DNA of 64,000 nt, from contig JBHGNT010000008.1 of the NCBI GenBank assembly GCA_043228905.1, positions 11,470,001 through 11,534,000 of the forward strand, read 5' to 3'. Below are positions 1 to 11,942 of this stretch, piece by piece (the first letter of the stretch is position 1; every line of letters starts with the position of its first letter). The stretch is from Azolla caroliniana (taxonomy: Eukaryota > Plantae > Polypodiophyta). The notes under the pieces were generated by a model that did not search any database, was not told the origin of the DNA, and saw only the letters and a list, made by a program, of their open reading frames with translations. Made by a program: the position numbers and the translations under genes.

Positions 1-416
1 ATAGCCACGATGGACTCTCAGAGACATATTTACGAATATGTCTCTTCATCCGGTGAGCACTCCTCACCGGGTCTTCACCATCCGGCTCTCCGTAGCCGGG
101 TACTCCTCATCCAGCTCTCCGTAGCCGGGTACACCTCATCCGGTTCTCGCCGGGTCTATACCATCCGGCTCTCCATAGCCACGTACTCCTCATCCGGTTC
201 TCACCGGGTCTGCACCATCCGGCTCTTCGTAGCCGGGTGCTCCTCATCCGGTTCTCACCGGGTCTGCACCATCCAGCTCTCCGTAGCCGGGTACTCCTCA
301 TCCGGTTCTCACCGGGTCTGCACCATCCGGCTCTCCGTAGCCGGGTGCTCCTCATCCGGTTTGCTCATCAGCACTGTTCTTCTTCCTTCCCATCCGGAGG
401 GACCTGTCTCCCAACA
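1..416 (-). mobile_element. Partial Ty1/copia LTR (same family as copia C LTRs at 21752/25854), running off the window start
   Basis: Reverse complement begins TGTTGGGAGACAGGTCCCTCCGGATG (cf. TGTTAGGAAACAGGTCCCTCCGGATG at 25854) and shares the ...GAGTGCTCACCGGATGAAGAGACATATTCGTAAATATG block. No PPT next to 416, so it is a 5' or solo LTR. Confidence 0.9.
62..360. repeat. ~54-bp tandem repeat inside the copia LTR
   Basis: Unit ctcctcatccggttctcaccgggtctgcaccatccggctctccgtagccgggta recurs about 5 times; it explains the repetitive ORFs 10..507 and 107..355. Confidence 0.9.
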
Positions 417-1863
417 CTTTCTTGTTTTTTTTCTATTCCTTCTTCTCCCATCTAATCATGTATATGGTCAATATGAATTTTTTTTCATTGATTCAATGAT
501 GTTGTAGTGGTACTTAATTGGTTGTATAAAACGTTTACATATGTGTATGAGGTCAATACCTCATTTGACATATATTTAATATGTGATTAGTGTCGTATGC
601 GTACAAGGTTAATAATTGAATTGCGTATTACAACATACATATGTTACATTTGGGTATGAGGTCAATACCTCGATTTCTATGTAAATGATATGTGTTTGGT
701 GTTGTATGCGTAAGAGGTCAATACCTCAATTGCGTATTACGATTAACCTTTATTTTTAGATGGTTCGTGTGCGTAGAGGGTATATGCCTTGCTTATGTAT
801 CTCGATTACATCATTTTTGGCTATTTTATATTACGATGTCTTTTATATATGCATATGTGGTCACATGTATACGTATTTGATCGTATATATGTGATAATAT
901 ACATATGTGTAAATAAGTTATTACGTGATTTCAATATCGAATGTTTTCCTTTTCGGGGAAAGGATCTTGGTGGCCGTCCTCACATTTTTGTGAAAATGGC
1001 GTTGTCACCATCCCTTTTTCAACAAATTTTTATTATTGACATCCCCATTGGTGACTTCGATTTCGTTACGTAATGAAACAATCTTAGCCACAATGGTGTT
1101 GAGAATGTAGGGCTTGACCCACTTGATGTGATGGGCCACCATGAGCACATGGATACGATGCCACCATGAGCTCATTCTTACGAAAGGCATTCGTAATGAC
1201 GTAACCATGTGATGGGCCACGTGGGCCTACTACGAAAAGAGGGCTCATTTGGCTTGACCATTAGGTTGCACTTTGGCATATGCCATCGTAATTACGAGAC
1301 TTGAGGTTAGGTAACGTACCAACAAAGCTTGGGGTAAACGAGGGGGAAATAAGGACTCTTGACATATATGTTTCTTTTAAAAAAAGATATATGGGCAAAT
1401 GCCTCGCATATCTCTTATACGCATTAAATATTAAACATTCAAGAGCAACCTACTTGGTTGGTTGAAGTGTTTAATGCATTTGTTCTCGAGGCCTCGAGTT
1501 CAAATATGACAAAACTATACAACATCGTTGATACATATGACTATAACACATGTTTAGACTTGAGGTCTAAGTGCACTTTGGGGTCCTTGTAATAGGACTT
1601 CAAGAGCTAAAACCACATATGTGGGCACCGAAACATATTTTATTGTTAACATTTTTTTCTTGTATAAACTATTCATGACATGAACATACATGGTTGAGCT
1701 TCGGGGAGCTGCCATGAAAAATATCGATATAGAGATCAGGGAAAGACATTAATTTGTCACCCCCATGGTTTTTGAAACACCTTTGTGTTACCATAGTAAC
1801 CTGATTTTCAACCTCATCTCATATGTCTAGAGGGGTATTGACGTAAGATCATGATATCAATTA

Positions 1864-4800
1864 ATGTTTGCCCATGATATGTTTACATCACGACATGATG
1901 TTATGACTATTTGTCTGCTGTTATCCTATTTCTTTGCCATAAATAATCATTCAATGGATCAAAATAATGACCCGATGTCATCCGCTCAACCGGAAGGAAC
2001 TCAAGGAAATCCTCATGGACAAATGTCTATTGAGATGTATTTTTCACAAATAAGCCAATACCTTAGTTTCACCGCTCAACAGATGACCGAACTTCGGCAA
2101 TCTCAAAGTTCTTTCGAGGCACGTGTCATTAGTTTACAACGTGAGACTAATAGACCTGATGAGCGACAGGGTGAACCATCGTTTGTTGTTAAGCCAATTA
2201 AGGGAGAAAAAAAGGAATGAACCGAAGAAGCGATATGCACGTGCCTAGGCTGATGGGAATCTCATTTTGAGCTCTATCCCACGCCAAATAGTACAAAGAT
2301 TGCATATGTCAACCGAGAACTAGGGGGTAAGGCCGCCACGTGGTGGCATGGGCTCCGAACTTAGGGGAAATTGCCTGATACCTGGACAGATTTTGTCACA
2401 GTTTTTAAGGGCCAATTTTTGCAACCTCCCTCTCAAACCGAGGAAGCTCAAGCTTTAATGAACCTCTCTAGAAGGAAATTTTCTTCGCTAGAAGACTATG
2501 TCCACCATGCTAGAACCCAAATCCAAAAATCGGGTCTAGAAGGGGACAATTGGTTAATAGCTTGTTTTGTCAATGGCATCCCCAATTTGGACTATCACTA
2601 GATAGTGCACGATAAGGATCCAAAGTCCTTTGAAGAGGCCGTTGAAATAGTTGTTCGCTATCAATGCACTTCGGAGAAGGACCACAACAAACCCAATGAA
2701 GCGCCCGAGACTAAGCAGTCGCAATTCGCTGGGAAACAGAAGACACCCAACGAATTCAATGATCACGATTGTAAGCGACAACATCCTTTTTGCGTATTCT
2801 GCAAAAAAGAAGGGTCATACAAAAGAGCAATGTCGAAAGCTCCAACGGAAAGAGCACGACAGCAAAGCTAAAGTTGCAGACCATAAAGGTCAGATTCCTA
2901 ATGTCCTTCAGGTCTATACACATCTTTTAAGTAATGGGCAATGTTCTTTCCCTCACTATGTATTAGGTCCTAGTGATTTACTACGTGCAAACGGGTATAT
3001 CAATGGATCTCCCGTACAATTTTTGTTTGATTTGGGAAGCTCACACAACTTTGTGAATGATCGTTTGGTTCAGATATGGGGAATCCAACCCACCGTAAGT
3101 GATCACACCTATACAGTGCACTTGGCTGATGGAAGAGTACAATACATCAACGGGGTGATTCATTTATTAGGAATTTCAATTGATACTTATGTAGAGGAAG
3201 TAGACTTCCATATAATGAATCTTTGTACCACTAATGTAATACTAGGTTATCCCTGGTTCTATAATAAAAACTCTTCTTTATCTATTGATTGGGTTCATCA
3301 TTCAATAACTTTTTTATTGAACGATTGTATTCATTTTATTCAATGTGTAAAAAAACAATCCCTCTCGATTGTTTCCTCTCCATCAATATCCGAGTTGTCT
3401 TGTTCTACTCTATTTTATTGTGTACTTGATCCAGACATTCACGTTTACAATATTGATAATGTCTCGGTTCAATTAACATATTTTGAACAACAACAACTTG
3501 ATGAAATCTTAAATGATTTTCGTGATGTTTTTCCAAGTGAACTACCAGATGGGTTACCTCCGAAACGTAATATAGACCATCGTATAGATATTGTACCTAG
3601 TGTTGCACCAATAAGTATACTTCCTTATCACTTAAGTCGATCCGAAGAGGATGAGGTATCTAAGCAATTCAAGGACTATTTACGAATGGGTTATATACGT
3701 TATAGTAAATATCTATGGGGTGCACCAATTCTCTTGGTTAAAAAGAAAGAGGGCACATGGCGTATGTGTATTAATTACCGACGCTTGAATAAAGGGACGA
3801 TCAAGAATTTGTATCCATTGCCCCGGGTTGACGATCTAATTGACCGTCTCTAGGGAGCTCGGTATTTTACGAAACTTGATCTCCGTACTGGCTACCATCA
3901 AATTCGTATAAGTGAGGACTATGTTCCTAAAACGGCATTTCGTACGCGCTATGGCCATTATGAGTTTTTGGTTATGCCTTTTGGTTTGACCAATGCTCCG
4001 GCTACATTTCAACAAGAAATGAATGACATTTTCCGAGAATAACTTGGAAAATTTGTCATTATTTTCTTGGATGATATTTTAGTTTATAGCCGTACATTAT
4101 AACAACATGCTAAACATGTTCGCTTTGTTTTACAAACATTGCGTGACAAACAGTTTTATGTGAAGATCTCAAAATTTGAGTTCTTCAAGAAATCAATTAC
4201 TTATCTTGGACATCTCATAACAGAACGAATTGAAATTGATCCTTCTCGCATCGAGAAAATCAAGCTTTGGCTCACTCTTCGAAATATTTGAGAAGTTCGA
4301 TCACTCCTTGGTTTTGTCAGGTTTTTGCGAAAATCCCTTCGTAAATTACTCCCAATTGACGACGCCGTTTATTGATATTCTAAAAGGTCAAACATGTAAG
4401 TCTACAAAACCTATTGTCTAGAATTCTACACTAGACCTCGCCTTTAAGGAACTCAAGGACCTGGTGTGCAAGGCTCCTTCACTTCCTTTACCTGATCCTT
4501 CAAAACCTTTTGAGGTTTAAACCGATGCAAGCGATTATGCTATATGTGTTGTCTTATATCAAGATGGTAAACCAATAGCATTCGAGAGTAAGAAACTTGA
4601 TTTTGCTCAATGCCATGATGCACCTCTATGGGGCACCCTAGAATACATCGTACACTCGTTCTTATCTCCACTCAATTCTATTGGCGTAAGATGCGCATTG
4701 ACATACATAGCTATGTGACTAAATGTCACCAATGTCAGGTTAACAAAGCCGAACGACTTAAAGCCGTAGGACTTTTACAAGACTTTTACATGCCTTGGAC

Positions 4801-5873
4801 ATTCCCAGTAATAAGTGGGAAAGTATATCCATGGATTTTATTGTTAGCCTTCCTCGCACCCAAAAAGGCCATGATGCCATCCAGGTTGTGGTTGACAGAC
4901 TAACTAAAATGGTCTGATTTATTGCTACAAAAACCATGGTAACAACTCTTGAATTGGCTTACTAATTCGTTGACAAGTTATTTTGTTTTTATGTGTTACC
5001 AATTGATATTGTGAGTGATCGAGATCCAAAGTTTACTAATGATTTATGGATGCAAGTCTTTAAGAAGTTAGAAACTACATTGAGCATGAGCTCCACGGAT
5101 CATCCTCAATCCGATGGACAGATAGAACGAGTAAATTAAATTATTGAGGATATGCTTCGAGCATATGTTGGTACAAAACCAACAAAATGGGAACGTTATC
5201 TCCCAATTTTGGAGTTTGCTTATAACAGCTCCAAGCATACGTCGACATATAGTCCTTTTATGTTGATGTATGGTTTTCAGCCACGAGCCCCAATTGATGT
5301 TAATATACATCATGATGAGTTGCGAAGTACGCAAAACTTTCTTCGGGATATGCAAGACATGTTGCATATTGCACGAGATAATATAAAAACAACTCATGTT
5401 TTTATGTCGATCATCATAGGCAACCTCATGTATTCAACCCTGGACAACAGGTATTTTTATGTGTACCTCACAATTCTAAGACATTGTCTAAGGGTAAGTG
5501 CGCTAAGTTAGCCCCACGGTTTTGTGGACCTTTTATAGTCCTCAAACGCATTGGGTCATCAGCCTATCGTCTCACTCTTCCCGATGGTGTTGAAATTCAT
5601 CCAGTTTTTCATGTGAATCGTCTAAAAGAACTTCTTTGTTCTGGCGACACTACAGTTACAACTGAAACTTTGGTTACTTCTGAAGAATTATCTTCTAACC
5701 CACATGTACCAAAAAGAATTCTCAATGTTGAAACAAAAAAATTGCGTACTAAGGAAATCCGAGAATTTAAAATAAAATGGATGGATAAATCAATAAAAGA
5801 TGCCACATGGGAACGCGAAAATACTCTCAGAACAAACTTCCCTAACTTTCCATTGCAAGAGTGCAATGTTTTA
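1864..5873 (+). pseudogene. gypsy gag-pol pseudogene with C-terminal chromodomain
   Basis: Frameshifted CCHC knuckle ([14 protein letters not shown]), protease [14 protein letters not shown] ([18 protein letters not shown]), integrase (HPQSDGQIER), GPY/F motif (PRFCGPF) and chromodomain (FKIKW...DATWE). Many stops and frameshifts. Confidence 0.92.
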
Positions 5874-5885
5874 AAGAGGGGAGTA

Positions 5886-6330
5886 TGTTACGGCCATGAC
5901 CATATAATATCCCGTTGTAAGAATTTATTGTAGTATTCTATACACGTGGATAAGTGTGAGGGTTAAACGAGAGTGTAAAGAACGGGAGGATTACTTTTAA
6001 TCCTCGGGATTGAGACAACCCATTAGGCCAAGTGTGAACTTGCATGGGGACCTTGGGTATCGTTATAAATAAGAGGGCTATCTACCCTCATTTCCTCATC
6101 TTTTGACTATGTCGAGACTCTGTTTCGTGGTGGTTCAACTATTGTAGCGAGCGCGCCAGCACCAAGTACGACTCGACGCCACGACGGTGGTATGGGACGC
6201 CGATCGAGGCTTGAGTCCATCTCGATCCCTTCGCTCGGGGGTGGCCGGGTGGATCGGCACCCTTCTTTCTCTCTCTCCTTTCTATCTATCTATCTATCTA
6301 TCATTCTTTTATCCTTATCATAAGCTTACA
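5886..6330 (+). repeat. 3' LTR of the gypsy element
   Basis: Follows PPT aagaggggag, starts TGTTA and contains TATAAATA at ~6064. The end (AGCTTACA, 6330) is inferred without the partner LTR. Confidence 0.65.
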
Positions 6331-6820
6331 TTAGGGCATATCTCTAATATAGAAGGAATCAAATTGGTCATTTGAATACTTGACTAATATGTTAAGAGCA
6401 CCTTGAATCGTAAGCCCCATGAAGTGGATATATATTACAAGTTTGTTCCCTTCACAAACGTTGTCCCAAAGGCAGCCCCATTAATAGGCTACCTGATTAT
6501 TATCTATTAGGCATTACTATAGTAGTGTGTATGTACTCAGTAGCTAGAAATTCGATGCTCTAGAAGATCTCGCCATGTAATGAGTGAGATATGTTTTTAA
6601 TGTTGCATGTTATTCCTCATACTCTCATCATAATTGATTAGCCATATGATTGTCTATAAGGTTCAAAGGGAGCAAGTATACAAGTTAGGCATAAACTATG
6701 TAAAAGGGTTTCTAGCCATGAGGGAGGTGTTATTGTAATGTCTTTTCCACTATTCTAAGTCTATTATTGGTGATGAATCTGTTGGGGCTTGTCCACTCAA
6801 GTGGAGCCCACAACATTGAG

Positions 6821-8028
6821 GAGAGCCAGAAAGCTTTAGAGAAGCTATGGCAAATGATCATAAGGAGGAATGGCTTGACGCCATGAATGATGAGATGAAG
6901 TCTTTGCAAGACAATCACACTTATGATCTTGTAAACCTGCCTAAGGGCAAGAGAGCGCTGAAAAATAAATGGGTTTACAGGCTCAAGACTGAGGAACATT
7001 GCTCACAGCCAAGATACAAGCAAGATTGGTTGTGAAGGGAATTGATTTTGAGGAGATTTTCTCACCAGTCGTGAAGATGTCCTCGATTAGAGTTGTACTT
7101 GGGATCGCAGCCAGTCTCGATCTAGAAATCGAGCAACTTGATGTAAAAACCGCCTTCCTCCATGGCGATTTGGAAGAAGAGATTTACATGGATCAACCCG
7201 AAGGGTTTGGAGTCAGAGGTAAGGAAAACCTGGTATGCAAGTTAAAGAAGAACTTGTACGGCCTAAAACAAGCTCCTAGACTTTGGTACAAAAAGTTTGA
7301 CTCCTTTATGTTGAACCATGGGTATAATAGAACAAACACAGACCATTGTGTGTTTGTTAAGAAATTCCCAGTTGGGGATTTTGTCATTTTGCTCTTGTAT
7401 GTTGATGATATGTTGATCATTGGTCAAGACACCAACAAGATTGAGAAGCTGAAAAAGGAACTCAACAAATCTTTTGCCATGAAAGATTTGGGACCAGCCA
7501 AGCAAATCCTTGGGATGAAGATAACCAGGGACAGGGCAAGCAAAAGACTTTGGTTGTCTCAAGAAAAGTACATTAAGAAGGTACTTGAGAGATTCAACAT
7601 GGCTAAGAGTAAGCCGATCAACACTCCACTCGCGGGCCACTTTAAACTTAGCTCAGCTCAATGCCTTACGAGTGATGAAGAGAAAGAAGGAATGAAACAA
7701 ATGCCATATGCCTCTGCAGTCGGTAGTTTAATGTATGCTATGGTATGCACGAGGCCGGACATTGCTCATGCAGTTGGTGTAGTGAGCCGTTTTCTCTCGA
7801 ACCCTGCAAAAGATCATTGGGAAGCAATGAAATGGATCCTGTGATATCTAAGGGGTATCTCAAGAGTCTGTCTAAAATTTGGTGAGAACCAAACTATATT
7901 AGATGGATATACAAATGCCGATATGGTTGGTGATGTTGACTCCAGAAAGTCTACATCTGGTTACCTAATGATCTTTGCAAGGGTAGCGATCTCTTGGCAA
8001 TTGAGATTGCAAAAATGTGTGGCATTAT
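6821..8028 (+). pseudogene. Copia A reverse transcriptase and start of RNase H
   Basis: QLDVKTAFLHG, LYGLKQAPR, LLYVDDMLI, TRPDIAHAVG; interrupted after KCVAL by copia B. Confidence 0.92.
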
Positions 8029-9259
8029 TGAAAAGAAAGGCGTGCAGAAGCAATATAGGAAACTGAACAACAGAAAACGCAGGTTTAATGGAAAGCTTAG
8101 GTTTGCACAGTACGCACGGGAGAGACAGAGAGAGAGAATAAAAACCAGAAGTATATTCAAAATAATACTCAATCTGTACATCGTGTGTGTTCAATGAACA
8201 CTTTTATAGAAGTCCTTTTCGGACTGACAGAAGTATTGACAGTACTTCAATGCTCATTAAGGAGCCCCTACACTAACTCCCAAATATATTCCTTCCGAAA
8301 TATCTTTCCGATGGCCTCACAGTTTCTGCACCGATCCGGCCTTCCTACGCACCGGTCTGCGTACCGGTACCGATCCGGCCGATGTTGAGCTTCTCTCTCA
8401 ACACTCCCCCTCAAGCTCAACTTGAGGCTCTTCGGGATCTTCTGGGTCACCGCTCTGGTTCCTCCTGGCTCCACACCTCGCTTGCCTCTGCAGTCGGTAG
8501 TTTAATGTATGCTATGGTATGCACGAGGCCGGACATTGCTCATGCAGTTGGTGTAGTGAGCCGTTTTCTCTCGAACCCTGCAAAAGATCATTGGGAAGCA
8601 ATGAAATGGATCCTGTGATATCTAAGGGGTATCTCAAGAGTCTGTCTAAAATTTGGTGAGAACCAAACTATATTAGATGGATATACAAATGCCGATATGG
8701 TTGGTGATGTTGACTCCAGAAAGTCTACATCTGGTTACCTAATGATCTTTGCAAGGGTAGCGATCTCTTGGCAATTGAGATTGCAAAAATGTGTGGCATT
8801 ATTGAAAAGAAAGGCGTGCAGAAGCAATATAGGAAACTGAACAACAGAAAACGCAGGTTTAATGGAAAGCTTAGGTTTGCACAGTACGCACGGGAGAGAC
8901 AGAGAGAGAGAATAAAAACCAGAAGTATATTCAAAATAATACTCAATCTGTACATCGTGTGTGTTCAATGAACACTTTTATAGAAGTCCTTTTCGGACTG
9001 ACAGAAGTATTGACAGTACTTCAATGCTCATTAAGGAGCCCCTACACTAACTCCCAAATATATTCCTTCCGAAATATCTTTCCGATGGCCTCACAGTTTC
9101 TGCACCGATCCGGCCTTCCTACGCACCGGTCTGCGTACCGGTACCGATCCGGCCGATGTTGAGCTTCTCTCTCAACACTCCCCCTCAAGCTCAACTTGAG
9201 GCTCTTCGGGATCTTCTGGGTCACCGCTCTGGTTCCTCCTGGCTCCACACCTCGCTTGC
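7709..9259. repeat. Direct tandem duplication, 774-bp unit, spanning the copia A/copia B junction
   Basis: 7709-8482 repeats at 8483-9256 (ORF track offset 774), with 3-bp TGC microhomology at the junction. Confidence 0.95.
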
Positions 9260-11280
9260 GCTCCTCGGCCTGTTCGACTCCGCTCATTTCGACCCTTCCG
9301 GTCGGCTTGTCTACTCCCACAGCCCTTTACAGCTCCCTTGTTGTCACGGTGTTGGCACTTCTCCTGCTGCCTTCTTTTCCACTTGGCCCTCGGTTGATTC
9401 AGTGTATCCGAATCAAATATCTGAACCGACTCGGCTACCTCCGATTGGTTTTTGCTCTCGTCTGAGTTGGCTGTCTCCACCTCGTCTTCGGTCTTCTCGC
9501 CCTTGACGGTGTCATCTCCCACATGCTTGGTTGGCTTCGGCTCTCTCTTTCGGTTGCTCCCGTTATGTCCACTTTTGGACTCTTCCGCGAATCCGCCCTC
9601 GGCTTTTTCAGCCGATCCAAAGTCGAATTCGTCATCCGACCCGGCATCACGATCTTTTCCGCTCCTTTCCTGCTCCCTTCCGTGGTCATCCGGGACGTCT
9701 CTCCCCCTCAAGTTCGGCATGTCGAGGTGACGTGACCCAAGCGCACCTGAGAATTGTTGCAACTTGTCCAGACCAAGAGGCTTGGTGAAAATATCGGCGT
9801 GTTGCCGATCTGTTAGAACATACTGAGGTTTGACTTCACTAGAAAGGACACGCTCATGGACAAAATAGTAGTGCACCTCAATGTGCTTGGTCCGTGCGTG
9901 GAAAATGGGGTTCTTCGCAAGCTGGATGTTGTTGAGGTTGTCGTAGTAGATCGGCGTTGGATCAGACACCTCCTCTTGCAGGTTCCTAAGTAGCCGCTTC
10001 AACCATATGGCTTCGCATGTCGCGACAGCCGCTCGGCTTCGGTGCTCGACAGTGCAACTATCGGCTGCGTCTTACTCCTCCACGCTATCGCGGCACTCCC
10101 AAGAGAGAACACGTATCCGGATGTGGATCGGCAATCGGCAGTGTTGCTAGCCCAATCAACATCGGTGTAGCCAACCAACTGCGAGGCTGTACTTGACCTT
10201 CTACACCCACCTACATCTGATCGGCTTCACACCTTTCGGTGCGTCAACCATGTCCCAGGTTGCATTTTCCACCAATGCGTGCATCTGTTCCTCCATCGCG
10301 GCGCGCCAATTCGCATCCTTAGCCACTTCTGAGTAGCACTCCGGCTCACGCACTTCCGCTACACGGGTCATGTATGCATAATGATGCGCCATGTACTCGT
10401 TGTATCCGAACCGCACAACTGGGTTCTTCTGGCGGGTAGATCAGTGTAATCAGTCATTAGCTGATGTTGAGGTCTTCTCAGCCAACGCGGACTTCGCTCT
10501 TGAAGACCCGTCACCGCTTCCCTCGGAGTTGGACTCGCGTCGATCTAACTCTTTCCTATCCCTGCCGTAATCCGACACCTTCTTCTTCCCTTTTTCTTTG
10601 CGCGTAAGCCGTCTCCTTGGCTTCCTGCGGGGGGATTGCACAGCCGAGTCTCCGCTACTCACCGGCTCTTCATCGGACTGGTCGAACTGACTCAGTCGTC
10701 CATTTGGTCCACTTAACCGAAACAAAATCGGACTCTCTTCGCGGGTCCCGATTTCAGGCTCATTCGGAGGTATCTCGGCCTTGCTGACCTCATTGTCAGA
10801 ACTCGGATTGGAGGTGAGATCCGGAGTCAGAGGCAAATACCAGGACGCGGACTCGTCAAACACAACGTTGCGGCTCACGCGCGCTTGTTTGGTGCGCGGG
10901 TTATAACACTTATAACCCTTCTGCTCGTCTGAGTAACCGACCAAGATACATTTCTCAGCCTTTGCATCCAGCTTTCTCTGTTTCTCCTTCAGCACATGCA
11001 CATACGCAATGCTACCGAAAACTCGTAAGTGTCGCAAGTTCGGCTTCGTTCCGAAGTATAGCTCGTGCGCCGACACTTTTTCTCCAATCCGATTCTGGAT
11101 GTATACCGCGGTCCTTACTGCCTCGGCCCAGTAGACTTGGGCAAGCTCTTCACCGACCGATTTTTCCTCTCGGCCACGCTGTCGTAGTGTATTTCGTACA
11201 CTACGTGAAAAAGTAAAAATAATATAACCGATTTAATTACATATAAATAAATAAAATAATATATCAAGATATTTATCACG

Positions 11281-11352
11281 TGCATAGGGCAAGATTCGAA
11301 CCCTGTACCTCCACATAGCCAAACCTCAACTTTACCATTATGCTACATTATC
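11281..11352 (-). promoter_or_regulatory. tRNA-like Pol III type-2 promoter module inside the type-A LTR (also 14058-14129, 16835-16906, 19612-19683, 57588-57659)
   Basis: Minus-strand A box TAGCATAATGGT (11345-11334) and B box GGTTCGAATC (11302-11293) at tRNA spacing, with a T4 run ~25 nt downstream. Confidence 0.7.
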
Positions 11353-11615
11353 TTTAGTGTTTTATAAATAGATTTAATAACTATAAGTGCTTTATTTGCG
11401 CCTACCTTTATTAAAAGGTAAACCATGCATTTTTAGAGTGCGTGAATATTTTATAGAAAAACGCAAGCAACTAAAAAGTGACTCATGCACATCTAGCGTG
11501 CATGAGCACTATATTTAGCAAATAAAAGCAAGGATTAGAAAAGCATCACATGCACATTTAGTGTGCATGAACATATGAGAAAAAGCATGTAGCTATGCTT
11601 AGTCTCTCCCATCAC

Positions 11616-11622
11616 TATATAA
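11616..11622 (+). promoter_or_regulatory. Putative TATA box of the type-A LTR
   Basis: cTATATAAg, conserved in the diverged copy at ~57859. Confidence 0.6.
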
Positions 11623-11908
11623 GGATGGGGAGCACATTGTAGTTTTTGTTGATTATTTTTCTATAATGATCAATCAATCTAAAATATTCGTGGGATTCAC
11701 GAATTTGCGAAAATAATTCTCTCTTACTACCTAAATATTGACTAAATATACTAAACTCGTGGGATTCACGAGATTGCTATCTTACTTCTCTTTCTAATAA
11801 TCTATCCATTACTAGCCTCATCTCATATTCTTCTTTCTCCTAGTCCAAAACCCCAGCGGTTCCCACCCGACTCACGCAACGATCCGGAGCCGAAAGGCAC
11901 GACACAGT

Positions 11909-11926
11909 TGGTGAACCCGACGTGAA
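11909..11926 (+). promoter_or_regulatory. tRNA-Trp primer-binding site (also 14686, 17463, 49750, 53424; degenerate at 58143, 61402)
   Basis: TGGTGAACCCGACGTGAA is the reverse complement of the plant cytosolic tRNA-Trp 3' end (TTCACGTCGGGTTCA-CCA); it begins 4 nt after the LTR end. Confidence 0.88.
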
Positions 11927-11942
11927 GACGAGTGGCAAGGGG

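Larger units (their letters stand above)
417..6330 (+). mobile_element. Decayed Ty3/gypsy chromovirus-type LTR retrotransposon (5' LTR not in window)
   Basis: Domain order gag-PR-RT-RH-IN-chromodomain, PPT at ~5874-5883, then an LTR starting TGTTACGG. Assigning 417-1860 to its 5' UTR is inference. Confidence 0.85.

Noticed and set aside
10-507. Repetitive ORFs as genes, or a CRISPR-like array
   Set aside because: These are 54-bp tandem units in a copia LTR with no unique spacers; the same applies to the type-B LTR repeats.
11281-11352. Functional tRNA gene
   Set aside because: Acceptor and anticodon stems do not pair; only the promoter boxes are tRNA-like.
11180-11904. Retrozyme (hammerhead ribozyme in the LTR), suggested by the 4-bp TSD and the GCC-GAAA-GGC hairpin
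   Set aside because: No CTGANGA core found on either strand of the LTR.
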